Shown here piece by piece: positions 1 through 13,998 of a stretch of DNA of 64,000 nt. The notes below the pieces were generated by a model. That model saw nothing but the letters and a program-made list of their open reading frames with translations, did not search any database and had not been told where the DNA came from. This DNA is from Antedon mediterranea (Eukaryota > Animalia > Echinodermata): the NCBI RefSeq assembly GCF_964355755.1, contig NC_092672.1, positions 25,488,437-25,552,436 of the forward strand, given 5' to 3'. The position numbers and the translations under genes are program-made. Numbering within the stretch: position 1 is the first letter of the stretch; each line of letters begins with the position of its first letter.

Positions 1-194
1 TGGTTTTTAATCTATGATCAATCATTGAAATTCATAAAATTGCGCGTAAGTCACGTTGCGCAACTATGACGTCATTCAAAAATAGGAGGTGCACAACTTC
101 ACGTAAATGCCCATATGTTGTCAAAGTTATGAAATGTTATGTTTACACATTTTAGAGAAACGCGATCCACAAAAAGGAAGGATGGAAAGAAGAA

Positions 195-1908
195 CTAGAC
201 ATGAAACTCGTCACTTTGACGAGTTAGTTATCCGCACGACAAACGCAACGTGCACGTCATACGTTGGTATATTGGACACAGAAAAAGATTATGGCATTAT
301 GACCTGAACTGAAGAATATGATATGTTGTTATTGCTGAATTCTGTTATTTTGTGTCATATAGTATACACAGTACAATCTGTATACATATCACATACAGTG
401 TAGAATAGATGAAATTGCGGGATCTGCTATTTATTCCAATTTTTAAAATGTTGACGGTTTCAAAATGAAACGTGAATGTAGCAATTTCGGAAGGAAATTA
501 TCTCAGCAGAAACATATTAATAAATACGTGAAATATTAATGCGCGCTCTTTTAAATGTAATGAACTATACGCAAAAGATGAAAATATGACTTTGTTTATT
601 TAACTGGCCATATGATGACGTCACAACATCTGATTGGCAAAAAGTTCACATGATTTTGTATCTACAATACAATAGCTTCCTGAAAACGTTTTAATCGTGA
701 TTATCACATTTTATTCTTACGAGCTATAACAGATTAAAATTTACTGTAAAGATGAAATTAATCACCAACGTAATTTAAATTTTTAGGCATGATGACGTTA
801 AAAAAATTAAAAAAATTTTAATTCATGCAAAAGATTGATTGAACAAGATTATATTAAAATCGGGGTGAAAATGGACAACGAATAAGTGGAGATGTGCTCT
901 ATTAAATGTGATGAGCAATAACGAAAGAGACAAAAATCCTATATTTTACATTCGTGTGGCCATACGATGACGTCACAATGTCCGGTTAGCCATATTAATG
1001 CATGATCCGATATCTACAACTCATCAACTTCCAGAATATGTAATTAAAAAAAAGTTCTCCACGTAGTTTAGAATCTATGACTGTTTAAAAAAAGGCATAA
1101 TTTTGACGAATTTTTGAACTTTTTTATAAAAAACGCACGTAAAGTATCCAATTCAACGTGCCCGTATGACGTAATTGTAAGTCGAAATTGTTTTAAAATT
1201 GGTAAAATTACTATAAAAGGCTGGAAAAACATAATTCAATAAAAAAAAATACTTTTAGCGCTACGTGCGCACCACGCGCATACAATTGTTCGAGCGCGTA
1301 GGAAATTTTGACATGCTCAAAATGTCATGATCAGCGTAGAAAGTTGATTAAAAATTAATTTTGCGCATTTTGAATTTTAAATGCGCGTGCGCCCGTAACT
1401 TTGTGTAAAACAAGCAATTTTTTTCCACAGAAAGTTAGCGCATGATATAAATTAAACTTTTGCTAAGTTTCAATTTAAATTGTTATATGGTTTTCAATCT
1501 ATGTTAAATACGCAAAATTCATAAAATCGCGCGTAAGTCACGTTGCGCATTTCTGACGTCATTCACAATAGGAGGTGCACAACTTCACGTGAATGGCCAT
1601 ATGTTGACAAAGTTATGAAATATTATGTTTACACGTTTTTGAGATACGCGAGACACAAAAGTAGAAGAGAAATGCGCGTTCGCGCGTAACGTCTTGTAAA
1701 ACATGGCATTTTTAATCCACAAAAAGTTTGCCCTTGATATGACTTAAATTTTCACAAAGTGTCAAAACAAATTTATGCTTGGTTTTTAGTCTATGATCAA
1801 TCATAAAAAATCATAAAATCGCACGGATAACTAATAATACAGAAAAAAACTGTTGATCTCATACAATAACAAGGAGTTATCCGCTTGGTATACCAAGCGG
1901 ATAACTAA
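195..1908 (-). mobile_element. Non-autonomous Helentron/HINE (DINE-1-like) element
   Basis: On the - strand it starts TTAGTTATCCGC within a perfect 32-bp palindrome (1875-1906) and has internal subrepeats. It ends with the subterminal IR (224-235), a stem-loop AACTCGTCA/TGACGAGTT (205-225) and CTAG (195-198). Bases 1-170 are another copy of its internal repeat (~1488-1660). Confidence 0.7.
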
Positions 1909-3215
1909 CAAATAATAAATTAAACATCTCGCTATAATGACCTAAAGACTTGTCTGGCGTTTCATACGTACTGTACCATATTTCCGGGTTTTGTTTATAA
2001 TATTTATTTGAATGAGAACATTATAAAACTCATGCCCTGGTGAAAACACCCAGTTCAGCCTCACAATATGGATTGAATAATACAGTAATAGCTTGGACTC
2101 CTTTCAGTATTGCAGGGTTTGAACAGGTAAGTAGACATTCTATACGGGGCGCCGTCCGACACATTTGTAAGATACTGTAACGCATGTTTGTAAAAGACAA
2201 AAATGTAGGTGGTGTGACATGGCCTCGTATAGTTTAATTTTATGATCTCCTATCGGGGCAGAGGGAGCAGAAGATTATTATTACTATGAACATAATGGAA
2301 CAATATTGACAATTTCTTGGTCGATCCCAATTGTAAATAATGGTTACATTTACATGTAAACCCTTATTTAGACAGAATGTTTTTGTGGGTCATCAGTAGG
2401 TCGCGAATTCAACCAATCAACACATTTGTTTGATAGCAGTAACTGTCCAATCAATCTAGAGGCCTGAGAAGGAGAGAGAGTGTAAATGGTTTTTAGCAAA
2501 AATGAAAAGATGGTTGGATGAGAGAAAGGTAGATTGCTCGTTTGGTGTGTGAAGGAAACTGTTTGCAATTGCGCCACAACATACCCAGCAGTCATTGGCG
2601 TTTTTAACAATATGGTCGACATGAGGGATAAATGTCAATTTTACAAACCACTCACTACCATTTTAATAAAAATGTCAAATTTATAGTATATAATATACAT
2701 ATTTAATGTACAGAGAAACATGTTTCATGTTTTTGTCTTTCATAGTAGTACATTCATAGTAAACATTTGTTTGTAAAAAGAAACCATAAAAAAAGTTTTT
2801 AAAAAGTCGAGGATGAAATTTTTAAAACAAATTGTTATAGGCATAGTATTGAAAATAAAGATCCTTCATACGGTTTGAAAAAAATTTAGAAAATACACAC
2901 ACAAAAATGGTTACTATAGTATACTATCAATTATTGTCAACTTGATTAAAGTTGAAGATACTAAAGATTAAAGGATAGACACAAGGTAAAGTCAGAAAAT
3001 AAGGAATAAATGTGAAGTTGAGAACAAAAGCCCAATAGACCAACAGTTTTTTAAAAAGACGATCATTGACGAACAAACAAAATAAAGAAAAATCAGGAAG
3101 GTACCACAGAAAGTCAAAGATTTACAACTTTTAACAAGATTTCCAAAAAAATCACCCACCTCACAAAAAAGCTTCTACTGGTAAGACACTAGTTACTGTA
3201 TTGTTATTATGGTAA

Positions 3216-3386
3216 AGGGTCTTTCACACCTATTCCGGCACGGTTCCAGTCCGGCGCCGGAAAATTCAATCGAACGTCAATGTTTCGTTTTCACGCGGCA
3301 TATCGATTGGCGCATAGCCGCGTGGAGCATTGATGTTCGATTCGCCGGACCGGAACAACCATGACGGAACAGGTGTGAAAGACCCT
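3216..3386. mobile_element. PIF/Harbinger-type MITE
   Basis: TIR AGGGTCTTTCACACCT / AGGTGTGAAAGACCCT flanked by TAA on both sides; internally palindromic. Confidence 0.8.
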
Positions 3387-4307
3387 TAAGATTGGTTCCT
3401 AGTTGGTAGCAACACAACACAGTTGTAGCCTAAGTTGACCGATCATGATCGGTAAAATTACTACGGTGTGCTTAAGTGGGAACCAATTCAGAGGTTAATG
3501 AAGTTTGTTACCTTAGTGGATTCTTGTTATGTTAATAGAAATTTTGTGGTATTACCCTGAGTAGCCTATTACCCCGATTGTGTAGGTAAAGTTAATGTTG
3601 GATGGTTGATTGTTACGTAATTGGTACTGTAGGTGACAATGCCCGGGAAATCAAACGAATAGTGTGCCAAAAGACGGATAGTCTCCTCCTAAAATTTAAA
3701 ATAGACGCAAGGAAATACAAAATAGTGCAATAGGTTCTTTAAGAAATTTGTGATTTTTACTAACCTATAAACTTTATCAATAAACTCCATCTGTTTCAAC
3801 CAATGAATATTTGTTATAGTTACAGTTATATTCAAATTTTACTTCTAAAAAAAATATTCAAAATTGTTCATTCATTCGTTTGCTGAGTTCTGTTCTCTGT
3901 TGTGTGTTTATGTTACATACTCTCAATAGCTAATTAGCATCATGTTTCTACAATTATACAGAAATTAATAGTTGAAAAAATACATTTCAAAACAAGGAAG
4001 TAATAACATAATATATATATATATATAATGTATATACTAACGAAACCGCAGATCGATATTTCCTAGGAATCATCTCTGACGTGTTTCCTCAGCACACTTT
4101 AAAAGGTGAGTTTTTCCTAATAAAAAAATTATCCAAATACTGTGACATTGTCTGCGAAGTATTGATCGAGGAAAACATCCAAAATAGTGATTTGCTTTGT
4201 ATAGTCCTACAAGGTTGATTCACAGTATATTCTGAATATTGTTTTGCTTTTGCAGCTTCTTCGACGCTGTTTTTTATTAGTCGAAATACTATATTGTTGT
4301 TAACAAG

Positions 4308-7300
4308 ATGACGAAAACGCCTTCAACAATGGAACCACAAGGTAATTACAGGCAGACAGCTTATGTACACATCGTGATATCTTTCATGTACCTGATTGAC
4401 GCTGTCATTGTACCATTTATCAACGAATATGCAGAAAGTATTGCGATTACAATTGCTCTTGCACTCAATACGATGGTAGGTCTAATTTTTTGTGTATACA
4501 AAACGGTAGTATCGGTAAAGGTCTAGGTTATAAGCATAAGTTAAAGTAATGTCAGATTTTATCGCGAGACGCAGCTCCTCTTTTCACCGCTACTCTTTAA
4601 TTATTTAAGAAAAAAGATGTAATACAACCATTCTGATAACAGAAACACCTGCAGTTCTCATATTTAATGTAAAAATTTCGTCCCTATCCCTTATGGGATT
4701 TAATCATAGTCGAGTCACTATTGATAGAAACAACTTTCGTGAATGTTGTACACCCGGAATCCACGAATACACACATTTGCACATGTTTAGGCCTATCAAT
4801 AATTTAAATTGTTGGTACTATCGTACTATTTAGTGTTTTGTTAGATTTGTGATCTACAAAAGCTCAAAATAAACACCCAGGATATTGAGATAACTAACGT
4901 TAGATCAATTATAAAAGAGAGTAGAGAGTATCTGATACAGACGAGATACATGGATCTTGTCATATCTAGATCATTTAGAAGAGATGATCAGTTGACAAGA
5001 TACTGGATGTCATGTCCTCATCTTTTGAAAGGGATGATTAGATGACGGGAGTCAGATCTTGTCATGTCATCTTTTAAAATATTGATAATATCGATAAGAT
5101 GTATTAACATTGTTTTGTTTTCATATAGATTGCCCTCACCACAGGAATTTGGGGAATAAAAGCAGCGACCAAACATGCAAGCATTCGTTTAGTAGGTTTT
5201 TAGATGATATTTTATAAAGACTATTCTGCCTCTTCACTATTACTTTTTAATTTAGATGTTATATATTAACTGAGATCCACAGCTTTATTTTTTCTAGTAT
5301 AGTAATTCATTCATTTAATTCATTCGTTTTTGCCTATTCATTAATCCATGGTTTTTTGTGATTTAAAGCTTTTAAAGTTCAGTGACATGCAAGAAATTCA
5401 TTTGATTAAATATTATACTGTACAAAGGGTCATAAAAAGTAGGCAAACTCTGTTATAAACAACTGCTATGCATTTCTTTAGTTAGTTAGTAAACGGTAGT
5501 TATAGTTAGTTAGTTAACGGTAGTTATAGTTAGTTAGTTAACGGTAGTTATAGTTAGTTAGTTAACGGTAGTTATAGTTAGTTAGTTAACGGTAGTTATA
5601 GTTAGTTAGTTAACGGTAGTTAAAGTTAGTTACTTAACGGTAGTTATAGTTAGTTAGTTAATGGTAGTTATAGTTAGTTAGTTAACGGTGGTTATAGTTA
5701 GTTAGTTAACGGTAGTTATAGTTAGTTAGTTAGTTAACGGTAGTTATAGTTAGTTAGGTAGTATATCAAGATGAGCATTTGACTACCCGGAAACTAGGTT
5801 GGGAATTGTGAGGAAATTTTACTCTACAATGCGCAATAATATTTGTTTCTAAACCGTTAATTTGCTAAATAATGTAGGGCCTGTGTGTGTGTTGGCAGAT
5901 AACTTTTAATGGTTTAACTTCTTTTTAAATAGATGAAGTGGTACATGATCCTATCAGTTGTTTGTGGTGTAGCTGCCGGTTTGCTGATAGTCGTCATTGT
6001 AATTGTCGTCATATCATTCATGGACACCTCTGAATTTGTGAGTAGTCCTTTAAATACGACATTATTTGAGCATGCGCAGAATGATTTTAAGATTTAGAAT
6101 CATACCGAGGTTGGTAAAATTACACAAGTTTTGATTTGATTTGATTCCAACTTAAGTATAATTATTAATACATGGCGCGTAGTCCAAAGTGGTTTTCGTT
6201 TAAAAAAAATTAAGCCAACCGCCGTTTACAACCTATATACCCATGCGTAATACTTGAAAATACAGATTTTAAAAGACCTAATCATCAACAGTTTTAAATA
6301 TTAGTTCTGTTGAAGAAGTATCTTGAAGTGTATAGAACTGTATTATCCTTTGTTTCCAAAATGTCAGTTGTTTTCTGTTATGACTACCAATCGCCGTCTA
6401 CAACCTTATAATTAGGCTACATACAATAATTCAAATACATATCTAATCAGGGTAATGCAAAATAATTAGTTTACATCTCCCCCTGATCTAATTATAAGTT
6501 TGTAATCTTTCTGGTAATAGCATTTTGTATTAAAGTAACTTTATTATTAATTTTGTTTGCAGAATTTCAGTAGTATTTTCTTAACATACTCGGTCCTAAG
6601 TGCTCTATTTGAAATTTCAAATTCAATTGTGTCGGTGTTTGTATTTCGTAAGAGATTGGACAAGTTGCTACACAAGGTAAGGTTATCTAGCATTACTTAC
6701 TCCCAATAGCCTGCTGCCGCATTATAACTGTTATTACCAACGCTTATCATAAAATTGCTTTCTATCACGAGTTATTTCTTTAAGTAAAATTAGCTAAGAC
6801 GTGCGTATGTGAAAATTTGAATAAAGCCGCTATGCAGGTTCGATAAATCTCACCCCTGAACCTTGTAGCAAATACCCTATAAATAATATCTCGCAGTTGA
6901 GAAGACGAATGCGTATTTAATTATGATAACATCGAAGCACAGTTAAGACTTGTCACAGGGAAGAGCGACAATATTTATCATTTTATTAATATAAGTAAAA
7001 AATCCGTCTAGAACTTAAACTAAGTTTTCACCAACCGTATTCGTAGTCACGTTATACAGCAACGGTGTTTATATTTATGTCAGTGCAGTAGTATGTATAG
7101 CTTGCATACGTATGAATAATTCCCTCGTAGGCCATGTACGTTGTTGTTCAATATAACGTCATGTGTTTTTCTGCGCACAGCTATTATGTGGCGATCGCAT
7201 GCAATGTGAATATAGTGATCGGTAAATTATAAGTAGTTGAGAATGGACGGTTCTAAATAATGTTTTATTATTAATTCAGGAATTTAAAGGAATAGACGAT

Positions 7301-8924
7301 GTAACACCATCCAGTCGAAAGGAACAGTAAGTATAACATTAGTTGTCCTTATTATGATAAACAAAGGAAGTGCATTTTTATAACCTATTCTCAAATTACC
7401 TATAATGAAATGAATGCACTGATTGTTCAGCAACGATTTATTTTATGGTAAATACTTTTTCACAGGTATCAGAACTCTTATAGTTTAGTTATACGGTTAA
7501 TGATAACATAATTTTGAATATATCAAAATATCAACATCAATAAATCAATAACAAGACATATTTTTGGTAATTTTCATATGACGCGTTCAAGATATTCAAG
7601 GAAATATTATAATTACTAGGCCTGATACAAATAAATCCTAATATAAATAGCTTCTGCAACAAGTTTATAAACATTTTGGATAGCCTGCTTTAATCGTCTT
7701 CTGAACAAAGGTTAACTAGAAAGAACAAAAGAAACCCCAGTTATTTCTATAAGTTGAGAACCCCTCATGAAACGATATAAATATTCATTAGTCATATCCA
7801 TAAGGTGTGACGTAATTGATATAATAATATAACTACAATCACTAATGCAAACACTTTCGGTCGCGCCATCTATGTAGCCGAATGGGTTAGACTATGGACT
7901 TTACATGTAAATGTATAGGGTTCGAATCCCATAAGCAAAATTCTATTTTTTATACTTTATAGTGAGAGAGATTATTTAGAGGGTTAGGTTATGTTATACT
8001 TATTAGGAAGTAGTCGGCTATCTTCACATAAGGAGTCCCCAACTTATTTACGAAAAAAAAGTTAATTCATTGTTGAGAGAGAGTCGACGTAGGCCTACCT
8101 TGAAATTGGCTCTAAAAGTCAACTGGAAAACAAACCTTGACGTCCCGCTGCGCTAGCTGTACTGTATTTAGACATCTGCTGAATCATTATATTATAATTA
8201 TCAGTACTTTAATACACAAAATACTCATACGCAAAACTGCAGCTTCCTATTGTATATCATGCTTGTCATATAAAGACGGTGTATGATATTTTGTAATTCT
8301 AAATCTAGAAATAATAAACGTGCCATTGTTTAAAAAGTGTAGCTTCCAAAAAAATCAAATACATTTTTAGGCCTATGTGTATTCCTATTGCTAACTTTTT
8401 CTTAATTGATCTTTGTTACGATTAGAGGTGGAGACATATACAGTACTATTGAAGAAAGTAAGCTCGCAAAAGATGCGTATGGTAAGGAACCAGGAAAACA
8501 TATGTATGAAATGACTCTTCAAAATACGTACAATAAGATAGATGAAGACACATCGCACATCTATCCTAATGTTATCGTCAAACAAGAAGACAACCCTAAA
8601 TCAGTTGGGTATATGGAGGTGCAAGATGGAATGATGTCACATGGGGAATATAAGAGCACACGTACATCACAAGCCTATGATTATTCGTATGCTGACGTTG
8701 CGCCAAAGCCGCCACCACCACGACGACCAGAGAGCGTTTTAAACTCCCCTACAAGTGAAGATTCAGTGGAGTCAAAGAGTGATTTTGAACGTGGTGAGTC
8801 AATTACCTTTCAGAATACTGATTTGTATGAGAAACCGGATCAGCGTAAGGTCGAAGAACCAGAACGCAGCCACTTGGTTACAATTTCAAATACAGAACTG
8901 TATGAAAAATCCAGAATCGAGTAA
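4308..8924 (+). CDS. Four-transmembrane protein (MS4A/CD20-like topology) with Tyr-motif-rich C-terminal tail, ~331 aa
   Basis: Exons 4308-4475, 5129-5191, 5933-6037, 6563-6676, 7280-7326 and 8426-8924 join in frame with GT-AG sites (phases 0,0,0,0,2). Four hydrophobic segments precede a hydrophilic tail. Probable non-coding exon donor at 4106, acceptor at 4255. Confidence 0.8.
5478..5757. repeat. 24-bp minisatellite (GTTAGTTAGTTAACGGTAGTTATA)n, intronic
   Basis: About 11 directly visible tandem copies. Confidence 0.95.
7874..7934 (+). mobile_element. tRNA-derived SINE head remnant
   Basis: A-box-like TAGCCGAATGGG and B-box GGGTTCGAATCCC; no complete cloverleaf. Confidence 0.45.
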
Positions 8925-9095
8925 GATACCATTGTCTGAACTGCTGTGGTATAACCTTTAACATCAGAATTTCTCTTTTCCGTAAGAAACAATAATTTTA
9001 AAATTGACATTCTTTTTAAATTTCATTTGTAATATGTATGCATGGTTTACTAATAGAACGAATAGAATGTACTGCAGTACGTATACGCTAATAAT

Positions 9096-9520
9096 GCTTG
9101 GTTCCATCTAGGGCGTGTTTCCGCAGCCAAAATCTAACCGAAAAAAAAACTTATCGATAATTAACCGATAAACTGCTTGTGGAAACGGAGTTTAACCAAT
9201 TCTACTCGAAAAAAATAATTATCTCATTTAAACCGAAAAATTATCGGATAAATGCGATAATTTTTAAGCTTTGACCTGGAGAACACATTTGGTTGTTTTG
9301 GTAATAACTGATCATGAGCACTTTATTGGTTAAAAAATTAACCGATAATTTTGACTGCGAAAACACGGCCTTTTGACGCAACGCAAGTACTATACGTAAG
9401 CGCAACGTATAATTTGACCAATCACAAGCGATGGATTATCCCAAGTCACTTGCAGTTGGTCAATTCGTTTGTGTTGTGTCTACGTCTTCGCGTTGCGTCT
9501 CAGGGTGAACCAACCAAGCT
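9096..9520. mobile_element. MITE (GCTTGGTTCC family) with a second MITE nested at 9111-9370
   Basis: Outer ends GCTTGGTTCC...AACCAAGCT resemble 11314-11492 and 30107-30357. The inner element has imperfect TIRs GGGCGTGTTTCCGCAGCCAAAAT / ATTTTGACTGCGAAAACACGGCC; a related piece lies at ~60580-60730. Confidence 0.65.
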
Positions 9521-11313
9521 AATTAATACACAAATAAATGCACTACTTTGCATTAAAGTTATCAAACCTTTTTGTTACGAATCATTAACAATGTATGGCT
9601 AATAATAATAATAATAGTCCATTGTTATATAGAAAGAAAGCTGTCAATGCGCCGCACAATATTACCCCGGTTATTTTGGATCAAACACGTATGAAAACAT
9701 ACTCCCATAATAATGCAGCTGGTAATCAGCGCAAAGGTGTGTTTTATCTAACCGGTAGGCCTACCCATATTATACACCTGCGCCAGTCTAGCGCCCCTAG
9801 CTGGGTTGACTCTCAGTCTATGGCCGCTGATTGTTATGTTATTGTGATATTTGGTTTTGACAAATAAAGATCTTATTCTACTTAAGCCCTACGTGTCCGG
9901 TCGTCTTTATTGTGGTATGCCTTTTGCCTTACTGACGTGGTGGCAGCTATACGATTACGAGCCCATCCACCATTATTCGACTAGTACTGGTGAGTAGCCT
10001 ACCCAATCTAGTAGGCCTAGCCCAACAATAGTTCGCCAGTCCCCATACCTTGACACATCTCACCACACAGCCAGAATCACACTCGACAGTGTGGCTACAG
10101 GAAAGATTGCCCTTTACTGCTGCCACTGCCCTTGGCGCCACCATTAAAAGTAGCTCTCAGTCTGCCCATCAGGCTGACGGATCTTCCTCACTTCGTTGTA
10201 GGCGAAACAACAATTATTCTCACAAGGGACGACATGGAATTCAAATTTGAGGGTCTAATTATCGAAAAATGTGACGTCGACATTCTTGCCGGTACTCCTT
10301 TTATGGAGCTAAATGACATCGCCCTCCAACCCGCGAAACGGGAAATTAAATTGGGTGACGGTACCACGTACATCTATAGTTCCCAGATACTTCACCATAA
10401 CACAGTTCGTCATGCTTGTGTGCTTCGTGCTCCTGAAGCCGGGAGAATTTATCGAGGTAGCCATTCCGTCTGACTTCATCCAACAAGATGACGTGTTTGC
10501 TCTTGAACCACATAGTAAGGGTAAGTTTCCTCGAACCAGGCCAAAGTTTGACTGGGGGTGGTGGGGTCTAGGAAAAGGGTACGTATCCCAAACTCTACTG
10601 ACACACCTCAGTTCATCAAACGACACGAACATTGTTGCCAAGTCCGACCCACCTTTGTGCCATTGTCGGCCAAAAATGCTATTCCCCAAAAGTTGCAATC
10701 TAAGCCCTGTAAGCCTCCTTCCTCTGTCGCGTTTTCTGATTATGTCAAGCTAGATCCAGACCATATCCTCCCACTGAATGTGAAATCCCAATTCCTATCC
10801 ATTCTTACTGAATACGATGTTGTTTTCGATCCTATGATTAAAGCCTACAACGGCTCTGTTGGCCCATTCCAGGCTGTTATTAACATGGGACCTGTAAAGC
10901 CTCCTCAGAAGAAAGGTCGAGTTCCTCAGTACTCGAGAGATAAACTGGTTGAGCTACAAGACAAATTTGATGAGCTTAAGGAAGTGGGAGTATTTGTTCG
11001 CCCCGAGAACGTCGGTGTCCAAGTCGAATATCTTAACCCATCTTTTCTAGTCAAAAAAGAGAGTGGTGGCTACCGTCTGGTTACAGCATTCGCCGCGGTC
11101 GGATGATATGCGAAACCCCAACCCTCCCTTATGCCGGATGTCAACACCGTTCTACGTAATATCTCAAAACGGAGCACTTAATTACTACTGACCTCACAAA
11201 GGCCTTTTACCAGATTCCTTTGTCTCGCGCGTCTATGTACGTACTGCGGCGTTGCCACACCGTTTCGAGGTGTTAGAGTTTATTCCCGGTGTGCCATGGG
11301 TATGCCTGGTTGA

Positions 11314-11492
11314 AGCGTGGTTCCCACTAGCGACGCAACGCAAGGACGTAACGCAACGCAAGTGAATTGACCAATCACAAGCGATAGCTTATTCGCTGTT
11401 GATTGCTAACTGTCTATAACTTCGCTCGTCATTGGTTAAAACGCTTGCGTTGCGCTTACGTCCTTGCGTTACGTTCTAGTGGGAACCAAGCT
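11314..11492. mobile_element. Harbinger-type MITE inserted in Gypsy RT
   Basis: TIR AGCGTGGTTCCCACTAG / CTAGTGGGAACCAAGCT with flanks TGA/TTA; interrupts the MGMPG-ET motif. Confidence 0.8.
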
Positions 11493-12976
11493 TTAGAGAC
11501 CACCCTGGAAGAGCTGACTTGTCGGGTAATGGGGGATTTGATTAAGGAGGGAGTAGTAGCAAAGCTTGCGGATGACCTTTATTGTGGAGGGGACAGTTTT
11601 GAGGAGTTGATTTACAACTCAAATGCATTTACAAGTGTAGTCTGCGATTGTCTGCTAGCAAAACGGTGATTTGTCCACGAACTACAACCATTCTTGGTTG
11701 GACCTGGTCCCTGGGCTCTATTCGCGAAAATACTCATCGTATTTCAACGTTAAAGGCATGCACTCCACCACCGACGGTAAGAGGTTTACGCTCCTTTATC
11801 GGGGCATATAAGGTGTTTGCACGCGTTTTGCCTCAATGCGCATCTCTCATCGCTCCACTGGAAGAAGCCATAGCCGGCTTACAGTCCAAAGAAACAATAC
11901 ATTAGCACGATGCCTTACACGAAGCATGTAGCACAGAACGCACTTGACTCAAACAAAGTCATAGTTTTACCTCATCCCGATGACCAACTGTGGATCGTTA
12001 CGGAAAACTACAGTTAGCCGTTTTTTAGTGCCAAACTCCGTGCACCTCAGGTCACACGGCTACCCTGCGAGATCGAAGCTTTGGCTATCGCAGCAGCTGT
12101 TAAACATTTAGTCCTTTTATTATTCAGTCTCGACATAACACATGTGTCCTAACTGACAGTAAGCCATGCGTCCAAGCGCTCGATAAGCTATGCAAGGGAG
12201 AATTCTCAGTCGGTGTCTCCTCCGTGTGTCCATCTTCGTCTCCACTGCTAGCAGGTACCAGATTTCTATTCGGCACTTGGCAGGCTCAGCCAACGTTCCA
12301 TCCGACTTTGCTAGTCGCAACGCTCCACCATGCTCAGTTGACAACTGTCAGGTTTGCTCATTTGTCAACGGCGCGATATAGTCAACGGTACAAAGTTCAT
12401 CGATATGTGATTTCATTACTGGAGACGCCAAAGTCCCGTTCACCAGTCGGCCAGCTTGGCTAGCCATCCAATCCGAGTGTCCAGACCTTAGGCGTGTAAA
12501 AGCTCATCTTAATCAAGGAACGCGTCCATTTAAAACGTCAACCAATGTCAGGGACATTAAACGGTACCTTAACTGTTGTTCCATCGTAGTTGTCACTCTC
12601 ACGTAAGCACGAATGTATCATTGTCCCTCGCCCCGTGTTAAACGGGCTTCTTACATCACTTCACGTCTGACTAGATCACCCAACGGGTCACCAACTCAAG
12701 TTATCTTTTCGCCGCCACTTCTTTGCGCTTGACTTGGACAAAACCATCGAGCAGGTGTCAGAATCGTGTCATCAATGTGGCTCGATCCGTACTGTACCCA
12801 CCACCGCAATTGAACAGTCCACTGAGGATCCTCCATCGAAGCTCGGAGTCACCTTTGCTGCCGATGTCCTAAAACGCGAGCGTCAACTTGTTCTTGTTGT
12901 CAAAGAGACGGTGACGTCTTACACCCTTTCGTGTTTAATCAGCGATGAGAAGCTCGATACCCTTCGTAATACCTGA

Positions 12977-13016
12977 TTTATAGAGCGCACATATCCACAA
13001 AGTGCTCAAGGCGCTT
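12977..13016 (-). mobile_element. L2-type LINE/SINE 3' tail remnant at the integrase deletion
   Basis: Reverse strand reads AAGCGCCTTGAGCAC...GCGCTCTATAAAT, resembling L2 3' termini; integrase similarity is broken here. Confidence 0.45.
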
Positions 13017-13998
13017 ATGAAAACCATGAGAAATGCAACCATGAAACTAAAAACAACAACAAATCCATCTCACCGACAGTGCTTGCCGTTGCCATATCAC
13101 GCCTTAACTCCCGTATCAGAACGCGAGGATTGTCGTCTCGCGAAATGTGGACACAACGAGATCAGTTCACTCATGACCAAATCCCTATTTCTGACCGCAA
13201 GTTGATTATCAGCCAACAGCACCTCAGAGCCTCTAATCACACGCACGGTGAAAAGTCTATAAGGCACCCGTCGCGTGTGCAGCCTGACGTTTCTATTACG
13301 GTTGATGATTTAGTCTACCTGTGGACAGATCGTCGCAAGACCTGAGCACGAGATCGCTATCTCGTTGTTTCTGTAGATGGAAAGTGGTGCAACGTCCGAA
13401 AGTTTACGCACTTACAATTGAGAAGCGCTACTTATCGTGTAAAGAAATCCAAGTGTTTTACTACTATACCGACTGACGTTCATCATCCTCCCACACCAGC
13501 CTCACAACGCCACTGCGACACCTCTGATGAGGAGCCTGATTTTACAGTTGATCCGTCTCCATTTCCTCCACCCGATGTACCGTCAACACTTTCAGCCTCT
13601 CCTAATGAGGTGAACGCGACAAGCCATCATCCGTACAGAACCCGACAGAACCACCAATTGGAGCTCCAGCACAGTCGTCTCATCGCACATCCACACGTTC
13701 ACGCAGATTTCCTAGTCATCTCTCTGACTACGTTCTTGATTTATAATGTCTCATACGTACATTATATAGTTAAGTTTGTTTCGACAATTTTTTCATCAAT
13801 TTTAGGTTTCCCATGCTTGCCCTCGGAATTTTGAGTGCATTAGCTTGCTTGTTTTTGTTTTGTTAACTTTTGTGTTTTATGAAAAGAGAAAAAAATGATT
13901 ACGCCAGTCTATCGCCCCCTAGCTGGGTTGACTGTCACTCTATGGCCGCTGGTTGTTATGTTATTGTGATATTTGGTTTTGACGAATAAAGATCTTAT

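Larger units (their letters stand above)
10100..13745 (+). pseudogene. Fragmented Gypsy pol (protease, RT, RNase H, integrase)
   Basis: DILAGTPFM (PR); YLNPSFLVKK and [10 protein letters not shown] (RT); [10 protein letters not shown] and VLTDSKPC (RH); CHQC and FAADVL (IN). Many stops and frameshifts; gag is missing. Confidence 0.88.

Noticed and set aside
2040-2132. Strong donor CAG/GTAAGT at 2127 as an alternative first exon of the four-TM gene
   Set aside because: No coding or promoter evidence links it to the gene without transcript data.
7874-7934. Possible tRNA gene
   Set aside because: A/B-box-like motifs only; no acceptor stem or full cloverleaf, so treated as a SINE remnant.
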